The notes: a model not told the origin generated them from the letters alone. Counted from the whole stretch's first letter, positions 53,410 through 63,096 are shown. The stretch: 63,198 nt of DNA, filler included, from Bigelowiella natans CCMP2755 (GCA_000320545.1; 8 parts of 8 records of this genome joined end to end with filler, not necessarily neighbours in it), one strand, 5' to 3'. Numbers and translations: made by a program.

Positions 53410-54235
53410 AGAACGTCAAAGTCCCCGTCGTGCTCTCCCAAGCGCAGTGCGACATCGACATGGACCTTTCCGGTAACGTGAGCGGGGGGAATATCAGAAA
53501 GCTCCCCGAACCTCATATTGTACACATTGCCGCATAGTTCCAGTATATATAATGCCGATATTTTGATGTACACGTATGCACTCTGACTCGAAGCAATATC
53601 TCTCTCGCGCTCGCTCTCGCTTGCTCTCCTCTCTCCACCATAAACAGGCATGCGTGGATTCCTCCGCACAGACTACCAGCCCTACCACTGCGTGAATGTG
53701 TCCATCGATGAGCAGTCTCGGGTGCATAAAACGGTCTCTCCCAAAGGGCGTAGCGTTGAGTCATCGGCATCAAGGGCAGGGAATAAACCACGAACGCAGT
53801 ATGCGTCGAATGGCCGACGAAAGGTACTGCTTGCCCCCCCCCTTCCCCCGAATCTCTCGTGACAAGCATGGTAGTAGTAGTAGTGGTAGAAGGGGTATTT
53901 TTCCTAAACAATACATCCTGAGCATGGTTTCGCATGTTGCGGCGTCTGTCATAACGCCCACAAAAGCAAGCACGCGAAGCCGTTGCTGAAGTCTTTCCCG
54001 CCCCGGCATTGCTCTTAGTCGATTCTGGGGTTGGGGGCCACGCGAACCTCGGAGCAGAGGGAAAAGGCGAGCGAGGTGGTAGCGTTTTTTGCTGATAATA
54101 CCGCGCTTTGCCGTCAGAGTTAAAAGAGGGCATGCAGATGAGAGGGCGATCTGCTTGATCATTGTGAGCGCTATTCGAGAGAGATCCTGTGTTTCCTCTG
54201 CGTGTATGGCATCCCTGTCTGTGTGTCTGTCTGTC

Positions 54236-54277
<42 letters not shown>

Positions 54278-54861
54278 TGTGCTGATGCGATGGCCGCGCT
54301 GTTTGTTTTTACACGCGCCCCGCTGCCGTGCAGGCCAAGAAGACGAAGAAGGGAAGCCACAACTTCCGTCCCCATCGAAACCAGTTCCGATCCAACCTCG
54401 ACCTGTTCGGAGAGGAGAATGGAGAATATGAAGACGAGGACGAGGACGAGGAAGAGGAGGGCGTAGTAGCGTCAATGACCGGAGGAAACGACGACTATAG
54501 CGACGACGCCAGCAGCAGTAGACGCTACCGCCCCAACACCAAAGTGCAAATCATAACAAAATCGGCTCAGAATCCGTTTCTGAGCGACGAGGGGAAGCAC
54601 GAGGATTCGAGGGGGGGGGGGGGGGAGGGGGGCACCCACAACCCTTTTCTGAGCAACGGCAGAACCCGCGACGACTCGGGGAGACTGTCAGACTTTCCTC
54701 CCCAGTTCTCTGAGCAGCACTACCTGCACCAACAACACCTTAGCAATGGAAGCAGCCCGTCTTCGTCGCCGCTACATCGAAGCAACAGCATGCCTCACGC
54801 GACCAGCTCCCCAATCACGTCGGCAAAGGGAGGGGGGTTCGCGAGGAGATCGAAGCGATAG
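53410..54861 (+). CDS. 3' part of a disordered protein with two NPF motifs
   Basis: Exon-like NVKVPVVLSQAQCDIDMDLSGN and FLRTDYQPYHCVNVSIDEQ..; last exon has an acidic tract, AQNPFLSD and THNPFLSN. Confidence 0.5.
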
Positions 54862-55144
54862 CACCCCACCGCACCACTCAAATGGGATTGCATGTTGGGA
54901 GAGATCGACGACGTATCTCCCCGGAGACAGTTGTCTGTCCTTCTTGCGTGCGGTGATGTAGCTGGAACCAAGGCCTCGTAGCGGAATGATCAGTGATGGC
55001 TAGCAGCATCGCTCGATCTCATCTAAATGAGAATCCTGCATCTAAATGAGTGGGAAAAGATGCCTTGTCTCATCGGCGTGTCTAAGGTGTAGACAACATG
55101 TACATTATCAATTTGTTACAGTCCCGAAGAAAAACCAATATGTT

Positions 55145-55195
<51 letters not shown>

Positions 55196-55765
55196 AGCCT
55201 GCCCATTTAGTCACCGCGGCGCTCGCAAGTATACAAATGGCTTCTGTAAACAAAGACTGCGACCATTCTCATTAGCAGCAGCGCACTACCACTACGCACT
55301 GGTTGGAAAACAGTGCAACAGCATCATCATTGTTGCATCATCACACTGGCACGCGGCATGAACCAGCAAAAATCGTAGCCTTGTCTTCGTCTTATAGTCT
55401 CGACTTAATATGCATACAAAAATTCTTATACATCCGACGGTCAAACTATGAAGCGGGCATGCAGAGTGCGCTGAAAGTACACCACGCGTGCTAGCGTGTA
55501 ATGTACACATCAGTTCTTCATGTGTATAAAAAAAGCACACAACAAATGCACTTTTCATGTCCACACATGTTCAGATGTGCCAAACATGTCACGACACATG
55601 TTCTGACAAATTGTGCACATGTTCATTTGCACGCTGTTTTGTGCTACATGTGTGGAGGTACACGTGAAGTGGTCGATGCACATGTGGCACATGTCATAGA
55701 CAACAAAAGTGTAGGGACTATGTAGTCCATGTACTATGCACTGTCACGCACTGTGTGCACTATGG

Positions 55766-56929
55766 TCATTGCATCTTGCTTCGTGAGCTAGTGATGAACA
55801 GTTGCCGAACTAAACTCAGTCGATTTCTCACGTGTCCTCCCAGTTCCCAAATCAGAGAGATGAAGGCAACCAAGATGCAAATCGACCATTTAATGGTTGA
55901 ATACATTTCTAGCCTCCTCTTAGCGGATCCCATCTTTTGTGCTAGTTCTCTCAAATTAATTTTATTCTTTTCATCTTCCTTAGGCTCACTCTTTACGCCT
56001 AAATAACTCCACGCATCCTCGACGGCATCGCCTGTTACCTTAAAACCGAAGTAATTCCCCATTTCAACCGCGGCATCCTTCGATAATTTCTTCGCGAATT
56101 CGATGGTCACGTCGTTTCGTGATGATCTGATTTCGCTATATCTGGCCTTCAAGTTTTGAAGTTCAGAATTCGCCGAGGTCTCTATGAGGAAAAAGAGGAA
56201 CCAGATGGCGATGATGGCGATCATTCCATAAGCTAGGCGGTGCTTCATCAATTTTCTCATTCCTTGAAATAGTGCATGTAGATGATGAAGTTCGTCATAC
56301 TTAACATTGTCATCAAGTTTCATGACATCGCTCGGTTGTTGCTTCACAGAGCCACTCTTCAGATTAGCATCACTGTGCCTTCTTTCTGAGTCCGCAATGC
56401 GAGTATTGTCATCAAGTTTCATGACATCGCTCGGTTGTTGCTTCACAGAGCCACTCTTCCGATTAGTATCACTGTGCCTTCTTTCTGAGTCCGCAATGCG
56501 AGTAGAGGGGCTGCAAATAACCGAGGAAATGGCAGGCTCGCTTACCTCTACTTCGACAGCATTCAAAAAACGCTTTCTCAGTCCAGAATCCCTAATCCCT
56601 ATCTTGACCAAGTCAGCGGAAGTGAGCTTGGGGAGAAGTTGAGGCTTAACATCTTCCTCTTCGAACACTGTGCGGAGATTCCCAAGATCTACCCTTTCCA
56701 ACCACTCATTCATGTCACTCTTCGACCATTTCGCAAACTTCTTCTGGCGCTTGGTCAGTGGCAGCGTTTCTTGCTGCACCTCTGTAGCCTTGCGCTTCAT
56801 GCCCGAGCCCTTTGACATCAATGAACGATGGGATTTTAAGATTTTAAGTACGGGACCTCTCTTGCGAATGCTGATGAGTCGTTCGACTTGCAAGACGATT
56901 TTATGAAGTCTATTTATCCACTGCGACAA
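55766..56929 (-). CDS. Intronless SAM-domain protein with two C-terminal TM helices
   Basis: WSKSDMNEWLERVDLGNLRTVFEEEDVKPQLLPKLTSADLVKIGIRDSGLRKRFLNAVE is a SAM fold pattern; TM LAYGMIAIIAIWFLFFLI and WSICILVAFISLIW. First ATG at 56818. Confidence 0.8.
   Translation of the reverse strand: MSQWINRLHKIVLQVERLISIRKRGPVLKILKSHRSLMSKGSGMKRKATEVQQETLPLTKRQKKFAKWSKSDMNEWLERVDLGNLRTVFEEEDVKPQLLPKLTSADLVKIGIRDSGLRKRFLNAVEVEVSEPAISSVICSPSTRIADSERRHSDTNRKSGSVKQQPSDVMKLDDNTRIADSERRHSDANLKSGSVKQQPSDVMKLDDNVKYDELHHLHALFQGMRKLMKHRLAYGMIAIIAIWFLFFLIETSANSELQNLKARYSEIRSSRNDVTIEFAKKLSKDAAVEMGNYFGFKVTGDAVEDAWSYLGVKSEPKEDEKNKINLRELAQKMGSAKRRLEMYSTIKWSICILVAFISLIWELGGHVRNRLSLVRQLFITSSRSKMQ
56307..56504 (-). repeat. 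99-bp in-frame tandem duplication
   Basis: 33-aa unit TRIADSERRHSD(T/A)N(R/L)KSGSVKQQPSDVMKLDDN x2, two nucleotide differences. Confidence 0.95.
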
Positions 56930-57038
56930 TGAATTTTAGCCAAATTGCCTAGGATTGCCACGTTTTCTGAGTCGCTCTGAGCTCTGACGAGCACAACTCC
57001 CCCCAACGAAAATTTACTGTCCGTACAGAAAGAAGCTC

Positions 57039-57485
57039 ATGAGAAATTGTAATTTCCGTTGTACCGTTCTCTTCATCGCGACACTCGCGCTAGGAGATAT
57101 TGATGCTCAAATCTCAAAGGCTTTGGCAATTGTTCAACCGAATCAGTGGAAACGTCTAACGAATGCAGTTTGGGGAGCCTCCCAGGAAGACCATTTCGAG
57201 GAAGTCCTCAACGCTGTGGAAATCATAAGCTATCGAGCGTCGCCACACCTCGGAAGTTTGGTGAGAGTTGTGACAAACATTGCACGTGATTTTGTCGATC
57301 GTTTTAATCTTCGTGGGATATCAAACGTCGCGTCTAAGTTCATCAAAGTAGTTCACGATTGTGCGAGTGTAATTGACGAGGAACGAAGCGTCGATTCGTT
57401 CCTCGATGCTGCTCATTGTTTCGTCGATTCTCTACCAGGAAAGGTTGAATGGGATAAAGCATTGGTTGAAAAGGATGAGTTGTAG
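57039..57485 (+). CDS. Intronless 148-aa ER-lumen protein (signal peptide + KDEL)
   Basis: MRNCNFRCTVLFIATLALG signal-like start, helical body, ends VEKDEL-stop. Confidence 0.75.
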   Translation: MRNCNFRCTVLFIATLALGDIDAQISKALAIVQPNQWKRLTNAVWGASQEDHFEEVLNAVEIISYRASPHLGSLVRVVTNIARDFVDRFNLRGISNVASKFIKVVHDCASVIDEERSVDSFLDAAHCFVDSLPGKVEWDKALVEKDEL

Positions 57486-57743
57486 TGAAGCTTCTAGCTT
57501 ATTTATTTTGTCATTGTTGACAGTCGCCACCAGAAGACTTCTAATCCAGAACACACTAAACGACTCTGTGTCGCATGAATTGAATTGCAACCATCATGTG
57601 GACACGTCATTCATGCATTTCAATGTAGCTATTATTTTGGATGTGGCTGGATAGATTCAGTCAATGTTACGAATCGAATTGTAGACAATTTCTCATGGAA
57701 CACAAGTAACAATAGACATAGTGTGCATTGCATGCACACACAT

Positions 57744-57825
57744 GAGATGGATGCAATGAAATTGTCACATTTCTTCAATGGTCATCCTGATGTTAGCTAT
57801 GCAATGCCGTGGCTAAAGCGCTAAG
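57744..57825 (+). repeat. Copy D of dispersed TIR-like repeat, TA-converted
   Basis: GAGATGGATGCAATGAAATTGTCACATTTCTTCAATGGTCATCCTGATGTTAGCTATGCAATGCCGTGGCTAAAGCGCTAAG aligns to copies B and C. Confidence 0.8.
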
Positions 57826-58008
57826 ATTATGTAGTTTTTGCGTTTCTGCTATCATGCGTTTCGTTTGCGAACACATTGCAGTCACAGGGAATGCAACAGT
57901 GAGTAGGTTCATTGTGAGCTCGATCGTGTTCCCCTGTGAACATGCATTGCATGCAACCATCAATGGACGTCTAGCATGTGAAACACATGACAGACGTGAC
58001 GACAAACA

Positions 58009-58099
58009 GATGCAACCTGTAAGCGCTGCAGCTGCTGCTTTGCACAGCTACATCAGGATGATCATGGAAATCATTTGGTCACTTCATTGCATCCGTCTC
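58009..58099 (-). repeat. Copy E of dispersed TIR-like repeat, TA-converted
   Basis: Reverse complement GAGACGGATGCAATGAAGTGACCAAATGATTTCCATGATCATCCTGATGTAGCTGTGCAAAGCAGCAGCTGCAGCGCTTACAGGTTGCATC. Confidence 0.88.
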
Positions 58100-58140
58100 T
58101 CATGCCTAGATGTTTCCAACACATGGAGCCATCACAATTG

Positions 58141-58472
58141 AAGCGAGTTGACGATGAAGAGTTTGGGGAAATGAAGCTAGGACTGCCTGGCGGCCTCCAG
58201 ACCTGCACTGCGCGCGCCCACGAATTCATGCAGGATTTCGGCATGACACCTGAGAAACTGTTTGCAGAAGAATTTTCCAGACATCATCGGTGCGCACCCG
58301 CTTCATGCACCGTTGCGCGCGTCAAGGACTCCACCTAAGAACGGAGATGCTCGGCCCCTTGGGTGCAGGACAGCGGCTTTGGGTGCAACATCCCATTGAC
58401 CACTGCGTGCGCAAGCTTTTTGGACGGCGCCATGACAAAGACATCCAAGTGACAATGCATGCTCGCAGCTAG
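58141..58472 (+). pseudogene. Frameshifted, hypermutated coding remnant
   Basis: KRVDDEEFGEMKLGLPGGLQTCTARAHEFMQDFGMTPEKLFAEEFSRHHRCAP.. continues in another frame as LRTEMLGPLGAGQRLWVQHPIDHCVRKLFGRRHDKDIQ; no Tyr. Confidence 0.45.
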
Positions 58473-58698
58473 CATGCTGCGCTTCCATCAGCCGCTGCCG
58501 TCAGTTGTTGGCCGCAGGGGACAATGCGGGGCACCAAGGTGCTGGCCTGCTCCCAGCAAGCTTCCTTTTTCGGCGGTGGGAGGGGCTCCATCACACAACA
58601 CTGGGACATCCCACAGACTGGAGCTGCTTTGCCCTGGCGCCCCCCTGCATCGCTGAACCCTCTAGCCCCATGAGAACGTGCATGAACTCTTCCTCCAG

Positions 58699-59361
58699 CT
58701 AGCCCGGCAGCTTTTCAAATCTTTCTGGCGGGCAGGCGGAGTGTGAGTGATCAATTTTTGATGGCTCGGACGAACCTGTGGCTGTCGCGCCTTCAGTTTG
58801 TGCATTCATCGCTTGCGTGGGAGTTGGCATGCTGTCAATGTCCTTGTTGATTGTCTGAACTTGCTCAGCCTGCACGGCAGCAGGCGCGGTGCGATGATGC
58901 GACGCGGCATTGAAACCGTTCGCATGCAGAACGGCCGCAGCCGGGCTGTTGTCCTTGAACTCTTCGTCAAGGCAAGCTGCGTGCTTCGGAATGGGTGACG
59001 CTGATCGGTCAGCGTGCCGCGGTGGTGGATCTGAGGTGTTGCGCACGTGTGCAGAAGCACGCGTGTCGCAGGGTTGAAGTTGAGACGCACACGCACTGTT
59101 GCATGCAACCGATTCGTTCTGCATCACGTGCAGCTGTCGATTGTTGCAGCAATGTGCGCCCTCGCATGCAACCGATTCGTTCTGCATCGAGTGCAGCTGT
59201 CGATTGTTGCAGCATTGAGCGTGGTGCAATGTGGTCTCGTGTTGAGAACTGAAGTCGCGTGAGTCGTTGAGTTGCATCATTGCTTGATTCCTGAGTTGCT
59301 TTGTCACTTGAACGTTTGAGTGTGTCACTTGGTCGTTTGAGTTCTGAGTGTGCTTGGTCAC
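58699..59361 (-). pseudogene. Hypermutated ORF remnant with 63-bp in-frame duplication
   Basis: 220 codons: 0 Tyr, 16 His, 10 Cys; repeat CCNNRQLH(S/V)MQNESVAC at 59101-59214 with period 63 nt (a multiple of 3). Confidence 0.45.
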
Positions 59362-60400
59362 TTGCTTGTGCAGTTGAGTTCTGACCTCAATGTGTCACTT
59401 GGACTTTTGAACTCTGTTCAGATGTGTCTGAATTGTTGCAATTGCGACTTGAGTGAAAAGCTGTCAGCTTTTCACTTTTGTCACGTCGCAATGTCAGCTT
59501 TTCACTTTTGTCGTGCCGCCACCACTTGCGAACTTTCTGAGAAACTTCTGCGCGGAGAGTTTTTCATTGCGCCGTGTCGTCCCACGTGGAGTGTCGTGCT
59601 GGTGCGTCCGACACGCGTGCTCGCACGTGCAGCTCCGTTGGCACGCCTTGTGTGTCTTGTCGCACTTGAGCGGACAGCTGCTTCGTGGCGCCATGCATCG
59701 CAGCGCCACCAAATCATCGAGCGCAGGGAGACTGAATGAGTGTTTGCACGACGCGCACGACGTCGACTGATTCTCAACAGTTCACGTGTGCCGCAGATCC
59801 GCCCAGTGTCAGCAAGAGTGGAAGCCAGAACACACTGACGAAGCCTGCTCACCAACACACGTGCTGGCATGCACGGTCGTGCAAGTGTGGTCAGTCTGCG
59901 ACCACCAAGTGCATGCAAGTGCGCATGCGCATGCACAAGTGCAAATGGCAGTGCACGTTGTGCTTTGTCACACCTTGCATTTTCATGCAGGCATGCTTGC
60001 ACAGGTTCAAGCCACTTCCACTGCAGCTCAGCTGGTCACGTGGGGGCATGCAACGTGAGTTGCATGCCCAGAAACATTGTCACAGGAGGGGGCACGTGCA
60101 GCGGGAAACATCCATCTCGGTTGTCAAACCGTGGATGTTTTCCAGGAGCACCCTCGGCATTTCACTTGCGACAAGAAACAGGCTCCAGTGTGCTTCCAAT
60201 GTCCAATTGCAACGATTGAGCGTGCCAGGCCGCAGGCGCAAAGCACAGTTTGTTCAAAACCCACTCGTTGCCGGGATTGATGCAGTTGTGAAGCACGCAC
60301 TTCGTGCTCTCCGAGTGCACAGCACTCCAACACTTCGTTCAGTCCTTGCATGCATGCGCTGATCGCATCATCAGCCTGCATGTTGGACACCAATGAATCT
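58701..60400. other. 1700-nt tract with zero TpA
   Basis: Line-by-line reading finds no TA between the CTAG at 58699-58702 and the CTAG at 60399-60402; CpG remains common. Confidence 0.92.
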
Positions 60401-60472
60401 AGCAACACTCCCGTGGACACAGCATGCATGCCATTCACATGCGCGGCGATCGATGGGAGCGAGCATGGGGCC

Positions 60473-60507
60473 GTTGAAAAGATTTGGTCACTTCATCATG
60501 TCCGTCT
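60473..60507 (-). repeat. Copy F (35-bp terminal part) of dispersed repeat
   Basis: Reverse complement AGACGGACATGATGAAGTGACCAAATCTTTTCAAC vs copy B AGACGGATTTAATGAAGTGATTAAATCTTTTCAAC. Confidence 0.8.
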
Positions 60508-60821
60508 AATGGCATGTGTGGCAGCGCGCAGATCTAGAAAACTAGCTGTCGTGTGGCCTTATAGCCTGCAGGCCGTTGCCAGGTAGCAGGTGCGAGCCGC
60601 ACTCTGCAATGTCTACCGGCACCACTGTTGGCAAAACTATAGGACTCACAGCGCGCTAGCTGTCACGGACCATGTGCATGGCAGAGCAGATATTGCTATA
60701 TTTTTGGCAACTCCATGCGTACTGTCGATTTACATGACGCACTGACTCTACTTCACCACTGCGGCGACACCCTGCACAGGTGCTGCCCATGCTCTCCCCC
60801 CCTCCCCTCCGCCATCTCTTG

Positions 60822-61161
60822 CTATTCCTCTCCGTCCGTCACCGATGATGAAGAGGAAGAGACATCTGTGTAGGAGGAGGAGGAAGAAGATCCTGTAGAA
60901 GAATCCGCGAAAAACCATCGTCCGCCGCCATGATTTCGTACGTGGGTCTCTCGGCGGTGGCGTGGCTCACTATCAGCACCTTGATGCTGCTGTCGATTGT
61001 GGTGATGATGATGATGAGGGTAATCGTCGCTGTCGCCGTCATCATCATCGCAGGGTGCGGCGTCGTTGTCGTCGCTGCAATCGTGTCGCTGAAGCACGTG
61101 CTCAAGCCCCATCATACCAAAGAGCAGGTCGAAAAGGAGGAGTGCGCCGAACTTCGCCAAC
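60822..61161 (-). CDS. Possible terminal exon of a hypothetical gene
   Basis: Acceptor TTTCAG then LAKFGALLLFDLLFGMMGLEHVL, followed by a D/H/S-rich tail ending TDGEE-stop. Confidence 0.35.
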
Positions 61162-61327
61162 TGAAACACACACCAAAAAAGAGAAAGAGCGCGGGGAGGG
61201 GTTATTACGGGGGAAGAGGGGGGGAGGGGCGCATCAGATACTGGGAGACGACGGCGCGCAGATGATCTCTCCCTCAATACATCTACTCGCTAGAGCGTGC
61301 TCAGCCGCGGACTATTACTGATGTTGT

Positions 61328-61427
61328 NNNNNNNNNNNNNNNNNNNNNNNNNNNNNNNNNNNNNNNNNNNNTTAATTAATTAANNNNNNNNNNNNNNNNN
61401 NNNNNNNNNNNNNNNNNNNNNNNNNNN
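61328..61427. other. Artificial contig spacer
   Basis: N44-TTAATTAATTAA-N44. Confidence 0.97.
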
Positions 61428-61467
61428 TACTAGTGTAGTAGTGTTGTTGTTGTTTATTTTATTACTA

Positions 61468-61508
<41 letters not shown>

Positions 61509-61537
61509 TTCCACATCATCCGATGACGATACAATAG

Positions 61538-62206
61538 TCATGGAAATGCTGCTGATATCGGAATAATGAGCTGGCATTTTGAGCTGATGGCAGAGACGCT
61601 CAAGGTGCCAACGCTAGCACGGAAATGATGACAACGATGACAATGACAATGATGAAGATGAAGATAAGTTATAGGAGATGTGCGATGGGGTGGTGATGGT
61701 GATAATGATGATGATGATGATGATGATGATATGATGATATGATGATGATGATGATGGAAAGGTGAATATATACGGTTACGACTACACGGGGTACGGAGAG
61801 AGCTCTAATCCAGGCAATAACAACAACAACAACAACAACAGCAGCAGCACCTACACAAAAAAAGAATATTACATGAGAAGAATAAGGGGCGACGAGGAAG
61901 AAGAAAACTGCGACGATGAGGACCCGCGTACACTCGCCTCACCTCGGGGCTCGATTTTCCTTGTGTTGATTGGTCGATGAACCATGGCTGCCTTTTCATA
62001 AATGCTCCGTGTTGTCCTCATCATCGTGGAAGTTCTCCTCCTCCTCCTCCTCCTCCTCATCGTCATCGTCATCGTAATCGTCAGGCAATCCCTCCCCGGC
62101 CAACGTTTACGCGGATGCTGAGGCGGCCTATTCCCACCTTGTGGATGAGCTCAAGGTATTGCAACCATGCACACGCACACGCACACGCACAGAGAACGAC
62201 AGAGAG

Positions 62207-62246
<40 letters not shown>

Positions 62247-62303
62247 AATTATTATTAGAATTGAAATTATTGATCTAATATTTATAAGCATTTATATACA
62301 TAT

Positions 62304-62344
<41 letters not shown>

Positions 62345-62975
62345 CACGCAGAAACACCAAATTTGAAAGCAGTCCTCATGATTAACTTCAAACACAAGCT
62401 AGAATTGACCACACAAAGCTATTATGTGCGACATTATATCTTCCCTCGTCGCTATTTTGTGACTGTGTTGGTACTTCTTGGTGTGTTCCCTCTAATGTTG
62501 TTGTTTTGGTTGTTGTTTGTCGTTGTTCTTGGTGTCCAGATTGACCCGTTCACAATCGTCTTCTATGGCCAGTCGCTCGGATCTGGGTACGCAGCGAGAT
62601 GATGATGAGCATGATGATGATAGATGAGGATGGTGATGATGATGATGATGATAATAATTATGATAATGATGATGATGATGATGATAATGATGATGATGAT
62701 GATGATGATAATGATGATGATGATGACTCATTCAATGCCCCGCGTCGTTTGTTTCTTCTTCTTCTTTTTCTTTTTTTTTTTCCCTCCCTTGTCTGTACTT
62801 TTTTATGTTGGAGGAAAAGGGGGGGGAGGGGACTCGATTCTTAGCGTGTGAGCGATATTGTTCTATGATGCGACAGGCCTAGCACCTACCTCGGAAAGAA
62901 GTATTCTGTCAGCGGTGTGATAATCCATAGCGGGTTGATGTCAGCAGTGAGGGTTCTGAACCCATATCTGACGAG
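61538..62975 (+). CDS. ABHD17: ABHD17-like alpha/beta hydrolase (depalmitoylase family), partial
   Basis: SHGNAADIG, VNIYGYDYTGYGESS, NVYADAEAAYSHL, IVFYGQSLGSG (nucleophile Ser), GVIIHSGLMSAVRVL. Confidence 0.88.
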
Positions 62976-62982
62976 GTGATTG

Positions 62983-63024
<42 letters not shown>

Positions 63025-63055
63025 AATCATCAAGTCGGCGTTTATTGTGTGTGCT

Positions 63056-63096
<41 letters not shown>

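Larger units (their letters stand above)
57744..60507. mobile_element. Putative decayed element(s) bounded by inverted copies of the repeat
   Basis: Plus copy at 57744, minus copies ending 58099 and 60507; interior holds broken reading frames. No transposase motif or clear TSD recognised. Confidence 0.45.

Noticed and set aside
59101-59214. CRISPR-like reading of short direct repeats
   Set aside because: Only two units, in-frame period, eukaryotic context, no cas genes.
58701-60400. CpG-methylation decay or classical RIP as the cause of TG/CA excess
   Set aside because: CpG is plentiful here, and RIP would raise TpA rather than erase it.
57793-60586. Dense overlapping long ORFs in all frames
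   Set aside because: Loss of TA removes TAA and most TAG stops, so long C/H-rich ORFs arise automatically; not called as genes.
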